From Lentisphaerota bacterium (GTDB lineage Bacteria > Verrucomicrobiota > Kiritimatiellia > UBA8416 > VGWI01): a stretch of DNA of 64,000 bases. A program made the translations under genes and the position numbers. Numbering within the stretch: the stretch's first letter is position 1; every line of letters begins with the position of its first letter. The notes beneath the pieces were generated by a model that made no database searches, was not told where the DNA came from, and worked only from the letters and a program-made list of their open reading frames with translations. The stretch lies in NCBI GenBank assembly GCA_016873655.1, contig VGWI01000004.1:160-64159 (forward strand), read 5' to 3'. This document shows positions 1 through 10,359 of this stretch, piece after piece.

Positions 1-1
1 G

Positions 2-3000
2 GCGCCTGGTCCGGGTGAATTGGGCGGGAAGTTGTTCGTGGGGCCGGACGGCACGGAGGGGACATTCTACAGCGCAAGGAACAGCGATCTGCAGAACTCG
101 ACTGCGTTCAGCCGGATTGAGCGTTATCTGCAGTACAAGGTGTATATGATCGGGCAGAGCGACGGAAAGGAGACGCCCTATCTCGATTCGACCGGGGTGA
201 TCGGGACCAGAAGCGTTGCATTCGACAACACCCTCGGCGATTTCGCTGTGGGGGCGGGCCTGAGCGGGGTCGTCTTTGTGCCCGGATCCGAGGAACGCGG
301 TCGGCTGGTTCTGGCCAGGAATTCCAACGGCGGATTCAGGAAGGACGGCTACTACACATCGCGGACCTTCGATGCCGGAATCAGCGTGTTCTGGGACAAG
401 CTGAACTGGATCGGGCCTTCCGAACTGGCTGCCTCCTCGTCCATGCTTGGCCTGTGGCACGTCAACGGTGGATGGGCGGATGCGACCGGCAAGGGCAGGA
501 ACGGCCAGGCCCTGACAAACATGGCCTACTACTCGAAGGCCAAGCTTGGATCGCAGTCGGCGGTGTTTGACGGCGTCTCGACACGGGTATCGCTTCCATT
601 GCCGACGAACAGCATTGGCGCGGTGGAGTTCTGGGTGAACCCGGCCGGTGCGGACGGCGGCCTGATGGACTTCGGCGGCGGGCGCCAGTTCATGGTGCGC
701 GGGCGGATGGCGGCTGTGACGGGTTTCGGGTTCGCGGGACCGCTTGTGTATCTCAACGGCAGGCAGAATGCGAGGCTTCTTGAGCGCGGTTGGAACCACG
801 TTGCCGTCGTGTTCCCCAACGGCTTTGCGGTTTCATCGCCGATAGTTGTCGGGTATGCGGGAGGGCTGTGGTTCAGGGGGATGCTGGACGAGATAGCGAT
901 GTACTCGGTTGCCCTGGACGGCGGTGCGATCAAGTCTCATTTCCTGGCGGGAGGAGGCAGGGCCGCCGGGGCCGCGAAGTTCCAGGTGCGTGCCTCGAAC
1001 ACATTCCCAATCCCTGGCATAGTGCCCTTCGTGGGACCGGGCAACCTCCCGTCAGACTATTTCACAGCTTCCGGTGCGGCACTGCCATCCGAGGTGTGGG
1101 GTAAGCGGTATTTCCAGTACAGATCATTCCTGGAGGGCGATGGAGATGCGACTCCTCACGTGAATTCGGTCAGCATTGAGTACAGCGGCGCCGCTTCCGG
1201 AATCGAGACTGACGGTTCCGCGGCCCAACTCCTGCAGGGAGTGTTCTCCAACACGAAATGGTTGGGCACCGACCAGAGCCCATACGACATAGCGACTGTT
1301 CCGGGCCTTGTGAACATAGACAGTGTTGTTGAGGTGTCAATTGAGGGGCTGTGGCACATGGATGAGACGAACTGGGCTGCGGGTGCTTCAGTTCTGGACT
1401 CCTCCGGAAAGAACCGCAATGGCGACCCGCAGGGCGGGGCATCGCCGAGTCCCGCTGCGAAGGTGGGGACGGCCAGCGGGCTCTTCAACGGGTCGGGTCA
1501 GTATGTGATTCTTCCGTCCGCCGACCTTGCCGGCGATTTCACAGCCGGCGCATGGTTCAGGTCCACGGCAACAGCACGTTCGGCTGTCATGGTCAGGACA
1601 GACGGGGGGTTCATTCTGGAGATCAACGGGAACGGCAGTGCGGCTGTGGCGGGGGCGGCGGCCTTCATCGTCCAACTTCCGGGGAAACGCGCAGTGGCGA
1701 CCTCAGCCGCAGCCAGTTCGCTGAGTGACGGCGCTTGGCACCATATCGCGGGGATCAGGAAGGGCAGAGGGATCTATCTCTACATTGACGGCACACGGGT
1801 TGCATCCGCGTTGTTGGCGTCCGATTTCGGCGGGCTGGGAGTCGGGCAAATGGAGGTTGCGCGCAACCCGGAGACCCCGCCAGGTTACTTCGCCGGGAAC
1901 GTTGATGAAGTCATCCTCTATTCGAGGGCGCTTTCGGACGCGGAAATCGTCGAGAAGACGGCGGTTGGTTTCAACATAAGGAACCAGGTTACATTTGAAA
2001 GCACGGTCTATGATGCGGACGGGCCCGCGATCTGGGAGAGCATCGCGTGGGGCGAGAACGGGCCATTCGGCGACGCTCCGTCCGCTTCCGATCCTGACCT
2101 GATAGGGCTGTGGCGGCTGGATTCCGTCACGCCGGGAGGAGTCGCTGTTGATTCCTCCGCCGCTGCGCAGAACGGAGCGTACTCGGGCAGCGCCGCGGCT
2201 GGAGCGGGCCGGTTCAGCGGCTGCATGAGCCTTTCCGGCGCCGGCGGCGGGGTCACTGTAACCGGGTCCGCGACCCTTGAACCCGAGTTAGTGTCCATTT
2301 CGTTGTGGGTAAACATGACCGACGTTGACAGCCGGGCGCTTATTGAGAAGCGCTCAGGCGGCAACGGATATGCCATCTATACCGACGCTTCGGGTCGGCC
2401 CTCATTCTGGGTGAACGGGAGTTCGTGTACTTGGGCGGGGGGCATGCGGGCTTCGGAATGGACCCATGTTGCCGCTGTCTATGACGGGCAGAGGATCTAT
2501 CTTTATGTGAACGGGAAGCAGGTTGCGGACGGTCTTGCTTCCGGCGATTTCCTCGGAGGCAACCTGCTGATAGGGTCTTCATCATCCGGCTACCAGGGAT
2601 TCACCGGTTTGATTGACGAGGTGGCGGTCTACAAGCGAGCGTTTGTTCCGGAAGAGGCGGCGGATCACGCCAAGATGGGATTTGGGAACATCCGGATCCA
2701 GGCCAGGGCTGGGAACAGCCCGGACCTGTCCGGGGTTGCCTACATAGGCAGGGATGGAACAAGCGGGTCATTCTTTGACGACTCAAACGAGTCCTCGATG
2801 TTCGGCATTGTGCCGCTTGGTCAGTATTTTCAGTTCCGCTACGTCATGACGGTCGAGGACGGGTTGCTGGCCCCGATCTTCAGCGGGGCGGCGATAAAGC
2901 AGTCCGCCTACCCCACAGACAAGCCGTGGGTAGCCCCCGCAGTGGGGCAGGGGCAACTCTTCTATGGGAACCTGCTGGGATTCAACCAGAAGATGGGTAC

Positions 3001-6000
3001 AAACGACAACGATCGCGTGAGGTACCAGATATCAGGCGACGAGGGGGCAAACTGGTACTACTGGAGCGCTTCAAGCTGGAAGAAGTACAGCGTATCCGAT
3101 GGTGAGCCGTGGAATTTCGCAAACGACTACCTGACGACAAGCAACCGCATAGTGACGTTCTACCAGCAGTTATACGCTAAGTCCGGCGGTGTGTTCCGGT
3201 TCCGCGCGATGCTTCGGTCAAACGGCGACGACCAGGTAGCCCTCGATTCTGTCAAGATGGACTACTCTGAAGGCCGCCTTGTCGTTCTGGAGCCGAACGG
3301 GGCCGAAACGAACCAGCGGGCATGGCTGGTTGATTCGCCATACACGGTTAAATGGTCGTGGAGAGGCGTGGTGAGCAACAACCTGAGGCTCCAGTACTCG
3401 CGCGATGGCGGCTCCACGTGGAGTCTCATTGCCAACGGGATACCGAACACAGGTTCCTACTCAAGCTGGTTGACGCCGCCGGCCGCGTCGGAGCAGATGC
3501 TGGTGAAGATATCCGACAACAACAACTCCTCGATCTACGATCAGTCCGACTCCGTCTTTCATCTGAGCGATGCCTTCCAGATCAGGGCGCCCAACGGCGG
3601 CGAGGTCTGGTACAAGTCCGCAACCAACACGATCGTCTGGCGGTCGCCAGGCGCGGCGGCCGCGCGCGGCGCGCTCGTGGACATCCGGTATTCGCACGAC
3701 GGGGTTGATTTCTCACAGATAATCGCCCGCGGCGCTCCCAACGTGCAGGGCTCAAGCAGCAACACGTTCAGGTGGATGATCGAGCCCGGCGTCTTCCCGA
3801 TGCCGCTGCCGTCGGCGAGTGCGCGGATACGCGTTCACGCCTACGACAACACCAACCCGCAGTTCAACGGGCAGGATGACTCCGATCTCCCGTTCACGCT
3901 GGCCGGCATAACCGTCACGGCGCCTGTGCAGGGCGGCTACTACAACAACGGTTCCGACCTTACTCTGCAGTGGGTTTCCCGGCTTGGCGGGCCGAAGGTT
4001 GCGATGGACTTCAGCCGCGACAACGGCGTGACATGGCAGACCAACGTGCTGACGGATGTGGCGAATGTGGACGGGCAAAACACGTACGTGTGGTTCATCA
4101 ATGAGCTGCCGTCCGACACGGCAAGGGTGCGGATAAGGTCTCTTTCTGACAACAGGATATACGGCGTATCCGGCGTCTTCCAGCTTGCGGACGTGAGCGT
4201 TACGTCGCCGTCAGCCGGCGAGAACTGGGAACTGAGGACGCAGAAGACGATCAGGTGGGAGTCTGGCGGCGCGGGCAACCTTGTTGATCTGTACTACTCC
4301 TACGACGACGGGGTCACGTGGACCACGATCGCGTCAAACGTCTTCAATACGGCCAGCAACGAGTACGCGTGGACGGTCCAGCCCTATCCATCCGACAAGG
4401 CGAGGATAAGGGTCGTCTCCCATCTGGACAGGACCAACCTGCTTGATGTCTCGGAACGGTTCAACATTGCCGGTGTCAAGATCGAGTATCCGAACACAAA
4501 GGTGGTCTGGCCAAAGGGTGGGACGGATTCGATTCGCTGGTCATACAACCAGGCAGGTTCACAGGGGGCGATATACACTTCAACTGATGGGGGACTGACA
4601 TGGCAATTGCTCGGTAATCGCGGTCTTGGGAACCGATCCATCAACTGGCAGCCGACGCAGCCGACTGCCCGTGCCATGGCAAGGATAGTATCGCTGGACC
4701 CGCCGGGATGGGCCGTTGCCATGACAGACGACTCGGACGAGTTCTTCACGATAGGCGGCATCACAGTCAACGCACCGACGAACGCCCAGTTGTTCACCGT
4801 GGGCGAGCCGGGGCAGATATCGTGGACTTCAGCCGGTTCCGCCGATTCAGGCGGTGGCGAGTATGCAAGGCTGTACTACACGACCACAGGCGGGGCGACA
4901 TCCAACTTCATCGCCGAAGTCGGGAACAACGAGATTTACCCCGGCAACAACGTCTATACATGGAACATACCTGACACGGTGTCGCCGTCTCTGAACGCGC
5001 AGGTAATGATCAAGGGCGGTCCCTTCACCGGGTTCTCGCCTGTGTTTACGCTGAGGGGCATGCGGATAACCGCTCCGACCGACACATCCATCCTGGACAT
5101 CGGGAAAGTGTCGAAGATCACTTGGAGTTCGGCCGGGCTTGACGAGAACGCCAACGGGTATTTCTTCCTCTCGCTCGACGGCGGGGTGACGTTTGAGCCG
5201 GCGGCGATCAACGCGTCGCCGATCTATGTGGCGAGCGGTTTCTATGACTGGAACATTCCATCAAACTCAACGCCGAGCGTGAGGGCGGTTCTGAAGTTCG
5301 TAGTTCAGAATTCACCCAAACAGTCCGACATCAACTACCAGATCAAGAGCAGGCAGTTCGTCCTGCGCGGTCTGAAGATCAAGGAGCCGAAGACCGGCAG
5401 CATCTGGCGACACGGCAGCACGAACCTGATCCACCTGGTGGCTTCCCGGGCCGGCGACTTCGCGACGTTCTACTATTCATCTGACGGAACATCATACGAC
5501 ACCAAGCCCGGTAACGAAGTGCGCAAGAACTGGCCTCTCTCTGACGGCGACAGCTATGTTCCCTGGACGGTTGAGTTCAGTCGTCTCCCTTCGGCCAATG
5601 CGCGCCTGAAGGCTGTTTCGACGATAGCGACGACCTATTCGGAACCCTTTGCAGTCCACGGCGTGAAGGTCACGAGGCCCACATCGTCCAGCATCTGGGC
5701 TGCGGGAGAGACGAACATCGTGACGTGGACGGGTGTCGGGACGTCCGGATCATATGACGTGTTTGTGGAGAAGCCGGGCGGGCCTACGGTGCAGATCGGC
5801 GTCGGCGTGCCGGGCCCGACGGTGAACTGGCTGGTGGACGGTTCGGTGGTGGGCGAGGGAGTGGTGGTGCGCGTGCGCGACACTTCCGGGCAGTTCGTCG
5901 GCGTGTCGGCGCCGTTCCTGGTTGTTGCGCAACCGACCGTGATCGTTGTGAGCCCCGCATCGAACGACCTGTGGCGCGTTACCGACACCTACAGCGTGAC

Positions 6001-9000
6001 GTGGAGCAAGGGCGGAACGATGAGCAACATCTTCAGGGTGGCTTACTCCCCCTGGCCGTATACCGCAGAGTACGACATCTTCTCCGGGGCCGCCGCCTAT
6101 GATTCGGAGAACAACAGCTACAGCGTGCCGTGGACTGTCCCTGACAGGCTCGGGCTGACCAGGATAATCGTCGAGAACCTGGACAAGCCGGTGATTCGCG
6201 ACGAGTCGGATATCTTCTACATCGTCGGCAGGTTCCAGGTTCTCTTCCCGAACGGAGGGGAGACGAGCCTCTACGCACGGAAGCCCGCCACGGTCAGGTG
6301 GTACACTTGGGGCGGCGTGTCTTCGGTTAATCTCTTCTACTCGATAGACCCGCTCCATGCGGACGATTCGTGGAAGAAGATCAACTCCTCGCCGGTTCCG
6401 GTAACCGGCTACGGGACCGAACCTTCGACGTACACCTGGACCGTGGCAGATGTCGGGACTACGATCAGTTCGGTGCGCCTGCGCGTGGAGCAGGCTGACA
6501 TGGCCGGCGCGCTTGACGACTCCGACGCCGACTTTTCGATCAACTACTACACCATCGTCTGGAACGTTCTCGATCAGCAGAGCGGCGAGCACCTGAACAA
6601 CCTGGTCCTGAGCGAAAGCACGGGCACTTCGCAGTCCGACCTGACCTCGCCGGTGACCCGCAGGTACCCGTACGGCCGCTTTGACTCAATCTGGTCGCGG
6701 CTGTACTTCTACGACTATGTCAGTTTCAACTGGCTGTCCGAGCCTTCGCGCGAGATCACGATCATGATGAAGCGGTCTGACGTGGAGGCCGAGTACAGGG
6801 TCATGGCGAACATCACTTACGAGGGCGGCGCGAACGACACACTCTCGGCCTACGCGTGGCTCGAGAGGGCGGGGCGCGTGATGCTCGACCCGTCGGAGTG
6901 CACGATCCTCATCTACGACAAGAACGGCGTTTCGGTCACCAACCTGGTGAACGCGTTGCCGCAGCCGGAGACGGGCGTGTTCCAGTTCAAGTGGGACCAG
7001 GTAACAAGTGTGCTTGCAAAGGGCGAGACCTACTATGCCCGCGTTGACATCAAGTACTCCCGGGAGACGTTCTCATCCGTCATCACCTACACGCTGCGCA
7101 TCTCGGCCGACCAGGCCGCCATTGACGAGATTTCGGCGGCGCTGGCTGTGGCGGAGACCAACATCACCGGCCGGATCGGCGGGGTGAGCAACGTTGTCCA
7201 GAGTCTGTCGGATGCCCAGGCCATGTTCAGGGCGAGGGTCACGAACCAACTTGACTCCATCTATGTCGGCACGGCGGACATGCGCACGAACCTGTCGGCC
7301 TTTGTCGGGTTGGCGACAGGCAGCCTGGCCCGTATAGAGGGCAGTGTTGACGTGATACTGCCCGGCGTGACGAATATCCGCGCGAGGCTGGCGCCTATCG
7401 AGGAAAACCTGGTGGCAACGCTTGCGCGCATCCTGACGCGGCCCGATTCGGTGGCCTTCGGTTCCACCAACCGCATCCTCTACAAGACCAGGGCCGACGC
7501 TCAGAACGTGACAATATCCATACCCGAGCTCAATCCCCCGTACAACGCGCCGATGACGATGGTGATAGCGGGCATATACGAGAAGGTGCTGATCGCCGAC
7601 TGGGGGACCAACAGCTATCGGGTTGTCTGTTCCGACGACAGGTCCAGCGACAGCATAATACTCAACGTCACCGGCGGGACCCTTGGCGGCATGCCGGGCC
7701 TGTTGAGTTCGATGAGCCACAGCCTCTCTGAAGTCCGCAGCAACGTTACCGAGATGACGACGATCATCCAGGGAATAGAGGGGCTGGACAAGCTCGGGAG
7801 CATAGCCACCAATCTGAATCCGCTCATCGAAGCCCTCGGTTCCGTTCCGTGGGGCGCGCTTTCGAACGTGAGCGACGTGGCCAGCTACCTGCCGGACATC
7901 TACACGACGGTCACAAACACCGATTACGTTGTCCGGAGCATCCAGAACCTGACCAACATCACCGGGATCGCGGACCAGATAACAAACCTCCAATCCGTTG
8001 TCCGCAGCATGCAGGATCTGGCCGACCTGCAGACAAACGTGGCTCTCCTCGTGAACTCGCTTGGCGGAGCCGACCTGTCCCAGCTTGGCAACACAATGTC
8101 CAACGTCGTCAGGGCGGTGGAGGACCTGGGTTCACTCAAGAGCGTGCAGGACCAGATAACCAACCTGACTGCCGCGGTGAGGAGCCTTGATGAACTGGCG
8201 GTTTTGCAGACGAACGTGGCCGCGCTTGCGCGGACGATGGTCGGGGTCAATTTCCAGGACTTCGGCGCCCAGATGACGAACATGGTTGCGGCGATCCAGA
8301 GCATGGGCGAGTTGCGCGACATTCAGGGGCAGATAACAAACCTGGCGTCGGTGGTTCGCGGCATGCAGGACCTGGCGGTGTTGCAGACGAACGTGGCTGC
8401 GCTCGTAACAACGATGAGCGGGGTGAACCTGTCGGTGTTCGGCCGGCAGATGACAAACCTGACGGCCGCGATTCAGAGCATGGGCGATCTGTCGAACGTG
8501 CAGGCCCAGATAACGAACCTGGTCTCCGTGGTGCGGGGGCTGGATGAGCTTGCCGGTTTGCAGACGAATGTCGCGGCCCTGGCGAGGACGATGGTGGGGG
8601 TGGACTTCGACGGTTTTGGCGTCCAGATGACGAACATGGTTGCGGCAATCCAGAGCATGGGCGAGTTGCGCGACATTCAGGGCCAGATCACAAACTTGGC
8701 GTCGGTGGTTCGCGGCATGCAGGACCTGGCGGTGTTGCAGACCAACGTTTCCGCGCTGGTTACCACGATGGGCGGCGTGAACCTCACGGTGTTCGGCCGG
8801 CAGATGACGAACCTTACGGCGGCAATCCAGAGCATGGGCGACTTGTCGAACGTGCAGTCCCAGATAACGAACCTGGTGTCTGTCGTGGAGGGGCTTGATC
8901 AGCTCGCCGCTCTGCAGACCAACGTCGCTTCGCTTGTGAGTTCCATGGGGGCCACCGACCTGGGCGTTCTCGGCCGTCAGATCACCAACATGACTGCGGC

Positions 9001-10282
9001 GATCAGGACAATGCAGGACTTGTCGGTGGTACAGGGGCAGATCACGAACCTGGTGAGCGCGGTCAGGGGGTTGCAGGATCTTGGTGTGATGCAGACGAAC
9101 GTCTCGGATCTCGTGACCATACTGCGCACCGTGGACATGAATGCGCTTGGCCGTCAGATGACGAACCTTGTCAGCGCCATTTCCGGGATGGACCAGATCG
9201 GGGACCTGCAGGCTGAGATAACGAACATGGTGGCCGTGTTGAGCGGGGTGGGCGGTCTGGAGCAGCTCGGAACGAACATCAACCGGCTGACGCAGTCGCT
9301 GTCGGGGTCGGATCTTCCCTACATAATGAAGTCGGTATCCAACACTTGGACAGTGGTGCGCGGGCTTGGCGACCTGTCCGGTCTCGAAACGGACATAGCC
9401 ACGCTCTCGGCGGCGGTCGGCGGAGTTGACCTGCCGCAGATGGAGAGTGACGTGGGTACCGTTCTTGGCCTGGTGCAGGGCCTGGGTGGGCTTGGGGCGC
9501 TTTCCACGAACGTGGCGGCGCTGTCCCAGGGGTTGTCCGGTGTGGACATGGCGGCGATGAACAGAAGCATAGCCGATACGCTCAGCCGGGTGCTTGGGCT
9601 GGAGACTGGAATGAGCAGGGTCCAGTCGGCGGTGGGAGGCATTGATCTCTCGGCAATAGATCTTTCCGCTGTGGAAAGGGTGGAGCGTTTGCTCGGAAGA
9701 TCCGGAAGCACTGACCGGAACACGTTCTTCGGCAGGTTGGCGCAGGTCAGCTCGCAGATGGAAGCGATGGGGCTTGCCTCTTCCGACGCCGCGAAGAAGG
9801 CGCAGTCCGCAAAGTCGGAGGCCGCCAATGCTGCAAGCGGGATAGACGAACTGAAGGCCGCACTCCAGAACATGCAGGGGCTCGATCCGCAGAAGCTGAC
9901 GGCCATTCTTGAACAGGTCCGGAGTTCGCTGGATGCCGCGCAGAAGGGAATCAGCGAGATCCCGAAGGGGCTTGATCCCGCTGCGCTGGAGAGGGCGCTG
10001 GCGGACGCACTGCGCAAATTCAGGCAGCTTGCCGCGCAGGGCGGGTACCCCGAATTCCCGCTGGTGACCGAGTTCGGGAGGGGTGCTCCGTCCGAGCCCG
10101 GCAAGGAACCAGCGAAAGGCGGACCTCCGACGGAAGCTGGCGAGGGGGTCGACATGAAGACCATCGCCAAGCTAAGCCGCGACATGGAGGAGATAGACAG
10201 TTCGGTGCGGCTGATCAAGCGCCTCATCGAGGAGAAGTTCCAGACTCCGGTTGTTGAGTCCAGGCTCATCGGAGTCGAGTAA
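2..10282 (+). CDS. Giant secreted/surface protein, 5'-truncated (>3420 aa): LamG/concanavalin-A-like domains, tandem Ig-like modules, C-terminal helical/coiled-coil repeats
   Basis: Frame is open from window start to TAA at 10280-10282. Three LamG-like units (WxH(V/I)AxV...(L/I)Y(L/I/V)(N/D)G...F.G.(L/V/I)DE(I/V)). About 9-10 modules with PNG(G)E.W...I.W...YS.DGG.TW. 59-aa TN-rich repeats near the C-terminus. Confidence 0.85.
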   Translation, partial: APGPGELGGKLFVGPDGTEGTFYSARNSDLQNSTAFSRIERYLQYKVYMIGQSDGKETPYLDSTGVIGTRSVAFDNTLGDFAVGAGLSGVVFVPGSEERGRLVLARNSNGGFRKDGYYTSRTFDAGISVFWDKLNWIGPSELAASSSMLGLWHVNGGWADATGKGRNGQALTNMAYYSKAKLGSQSAVFDGVSTRVSLPLPTNSIGAVEFWVNPAGADGGLMDFGGGRQFMVRGRMAAVTGFGFAGPLVYLNGRQNARLLERGWNHVAVVFPNGFAVSSPIVVGYAGGLWFRGMLDEIAMYSVALDGGAIKSHFLAGGGRAAGAAKFQVRASNTFPIPGIVPFVGPGNLPSDYFTASGAALPSEVWGKRYFQYRSFLEGDGDATPHVNSVSIEYSGAASGIETDGSAAQLLQGVFSNTKWLGTDQSPYDIATVPGLVNIDSVVEVSIEGLWHMDETNWAAGASVLDSSGKNRNGDPQGGASPSPAAKVGTASGLFNGSGQYVILPSADLAGDFTAGAWFRSTATARSAVMVRTDGGFILEINGNGSAAVAGAAAFIVQLPGKRAVATSAAASSLSDGAWHHIAGIRKGRGIYLYIDGTRVASALLASDFGGLGVGQMEVARNPETPPGYFAGNVDEVILYSRALSDAEIVEKTAVGFNIRNQVTFESTVYDADGPAIWESIAWGENGPFGDAPSASDPDLIGLWRLDSVTPGGVAVDSSAAAQNGAYSGSAAAGAGRFSGCMSLSGAGGGVTVTGSATLEPELVSISLWVNMTDVDSRALIEKRSGGNGYAIYTDASGRPSFWVNGSSCTWAGGMRASEWTHVAAVYDGQRIYLYVNGKQVADGLASGDFLGGNLLIGSSSSGYQGFTGLIDEVAVYKRAFVPEEAADHAKMGFGNIRIQARAGNSPDLSGVAYIGRDGTSGSFFDDSNESSMFGIVPLGQYFQFRYVMTVEDGLLAPIFSGAAIKQSAYPTDKPWVAPAVGQGQLFYGNLLGFNQKMGTNDNDRVRYQISGDEGANWYYWSASSWKKYSVSDGEPWNFANDYLTTSNRIVTFYQQLYAKSGGVFRFRAMLRSNGDDQVALDSVKMDYSEGRLVVLEPNGAETNQRAWLVDSPYTVKWSWRGVVSNNLRLQYSRDGGSTWSLIANGIPNTGSYSSWLTPPAASEQMLVKISDNNNSSIYDQSDSVFHLSDAFQIRAPNGGEVWYKSATNTIVWRSPGAAAARGALVDIRYSHDGVDFSQIIARGAPNVQGSSSNTFRWMIEPGVFPMPLPSASARIRVHAYDNTNPQFNGQDDSDLPFTLAGITVTAPVQGGYYNNGSDLTLQWVSRLGGPKVAMDFSRDNGVTWQTNVLTDVANVDGQNTYVWFINELPSDTARVRIRSLSDNRIYGVSGVFQLADVSVTSPSAGENWELRTQKTIRWESGGAGNLVDLYYSYDDGVTWTTIASNVFNTASNEYAWTVQPYPSDKARIRVVSHLDRTNLLDVSERFNIAGVKIEYPNTKVVWPKGGTDSIRWSYNQAGSQGAIYTSTDGGLTWQLLGNRGLGNRSINWQPTQPTARAMARIVSLDPPGWAVAMTDDSDEFFTIGGITVNAPTNAQLFTVGEPGQISWTSAGSADSGGGEYARLYYTTTGGATSNFIAEVGNNEIYPGNNVYTWNIPDTVSPSLNAQVMIKGGPFTGFSPVFTLRGMRITAPTDTSILDIGKVSKITWSSAGLDENANGYFFLSLDGGVTFEPAAINASPIYVASGFYDWNIPSNSTPSVRAVLKFVVQNSPKQSDINYQIKSRQFVLRGLKIKEPKTGSIWRHGSTNLIHLVASRAGDFATFYYSSDGTSYDTKPGNEVRKNWPLSDGDSYVPWTVEFSRLPSANARLKAVSTIATTYSEPFAVHGVKVTRPTSSSIWAAGETNIVTWTGVGTSGSYDVFVEKPGGPTVQIGVGVPGPTVNWLVDGSVVGEGVVVRVRDTSGQFVGVSAPFLVVAQPTVIVVSPASNDLWRVTDTYSVTWSKGGTMSNIFRVAYSPWPYTAEYDIFSGAAAYDSENNSYSVPWTVPDRLGLTRIIVENLDKPVIRDESDIFYIVGRFQVLFPNGGETSLYARKPATVRWYTWGGVSSVNLFYSIDPLHADDSWKKINSSPVPVTGYGTEPSTYTWTVADVGTTISSVRLRVEQADMAGALDDSDADFSINYYTIVWNVLDQQSGEHLNNLVLSESTGTSQSDLTSPVTRRYPYGRFDSIWSRLYFYDYVSFNWLSEPSREITIMMKRSDVEAEYRVMANITYEGGANDTLSAYAWLERAGRVMLDPSECTILIYDKNGVSVTNLVNALPQPETGVFQFKWDQVTSVLAKGETYYARVDIKYSRETFSSVITYTLRISADQAAIDEISAALAVAETNITGRIGGVSNVVQSLSDAQAMFRARVTNQLDSIYVGTADMRTNLSAFVGLATGSLARIEGSVDVILPGVTNIRARLAPIEENLVATLARILTRPDSVAFGSTNRILYKTRADAQNVTISIPELNPPYNAPMTMVIAGIYEKVLIADWGTNSYRVVCSDDRSSDSIILNVTGGTLGGMPGLLSSMSHSLSEVRSNVTEMTTIIQGIEGLDKLGSIATNLNPLIEALGSVPWGALSNVSDVASYLPDIYTTVTNTDYVVRSIQNLTNITGIADQITNLQSVVRSMQDLADLQTNVALLVNSLGGADLSQLGNTMSNVVRAVEDLGSLKSVQDQITNLTAAVRSLDELAVLQTNVAALARTMVGVNFQDFGAQMTNMVAAIQSMGELRDIQGQITNLASVVRGMQDLAVLQTNVAALVTTMSGVNLSVFGRQMTNLTAAIQSMGDLSNVQAQITNLVSVVRGLDELAGLQTNVAALARTMVGVDFDGFGVQMTNMVAAIQSMGELRDIQGQITNLASVVRGMQDLAVLQTNVSALVTTMGGVNLTVFGRQMTNLTAAIQSMGDLSNVQSQITNLVSVVEGLDQLAALQTNVASLVSSMGATDLGVLGRQITNMTAAIRTMQDLSVVQGQITNLVSAVRGLQDLGVMQTNVSDLVTILRTVDMNALGRQMTNLVSAISGMDQIGDLQAEITNMVAVLSGVGGLEQLGTNINRLTQSLSGSDLPYIMKSVSNTWTVVRGLGDLSGLETDIATLSAAVGGVDLPQMESDVGTVLGLVQGLGGLGALSTNVAALSQGLSGVDMAAMNRSIADTLSRVLGLETGMSRVQSAVGGIDLSAIDLSAVERVERLLGRSGSTDRNTFFGRLAQVSSQMEAMGLASSDAAKKAQSAKSEAANAASGIDELKAALQNMQGLDPQKLTAILEQVRSSLDAAQKGISEIPKGLDPAALERALADALRKFRQLAAQGGYPEFPLVTEFGRGAPSEPGKEPAKGGPPTEAGEGVDMKTIAKLSRDMEEIDSSVRLIKRLIEEKFQTPVVESRLIGVE
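7960..9300 (+). repeat. Intragenic tandem repeat, 59-aa (177 bp) unit with a higher-order 118-aa (354 bp) near-identical duplication
   Basis: QMTNMVAAIQSMGELRDIQGQITNLASVVRGMQDLAVLQTNV... begins at 8270 and again at 8624 (offset 354 bp) with near-identical DNA; about 6-7 progressively diverged units. Boundaries approximate. Confidence 0.85.
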
Positions 10283-10359
10283 CGGCCGATCACGCCGTGC
10301 ATCGGGGCTTTTTCAATTGCGGTGTCGCCATGCGTGCCGGTAGCATCCTTCACAGTCCA

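Noticed and set aside
7960-9300. CRISPR array
   Set aside because: Repeats are in-frame coding units with synonymous variation and no unique spacers; no cas genes in the window.
10284-10312. Terminator between the giant gene and the next gene
   Set aside because: The hairpin is imperfect and separated from the T-run; too weak to call, though partial termination is possible.
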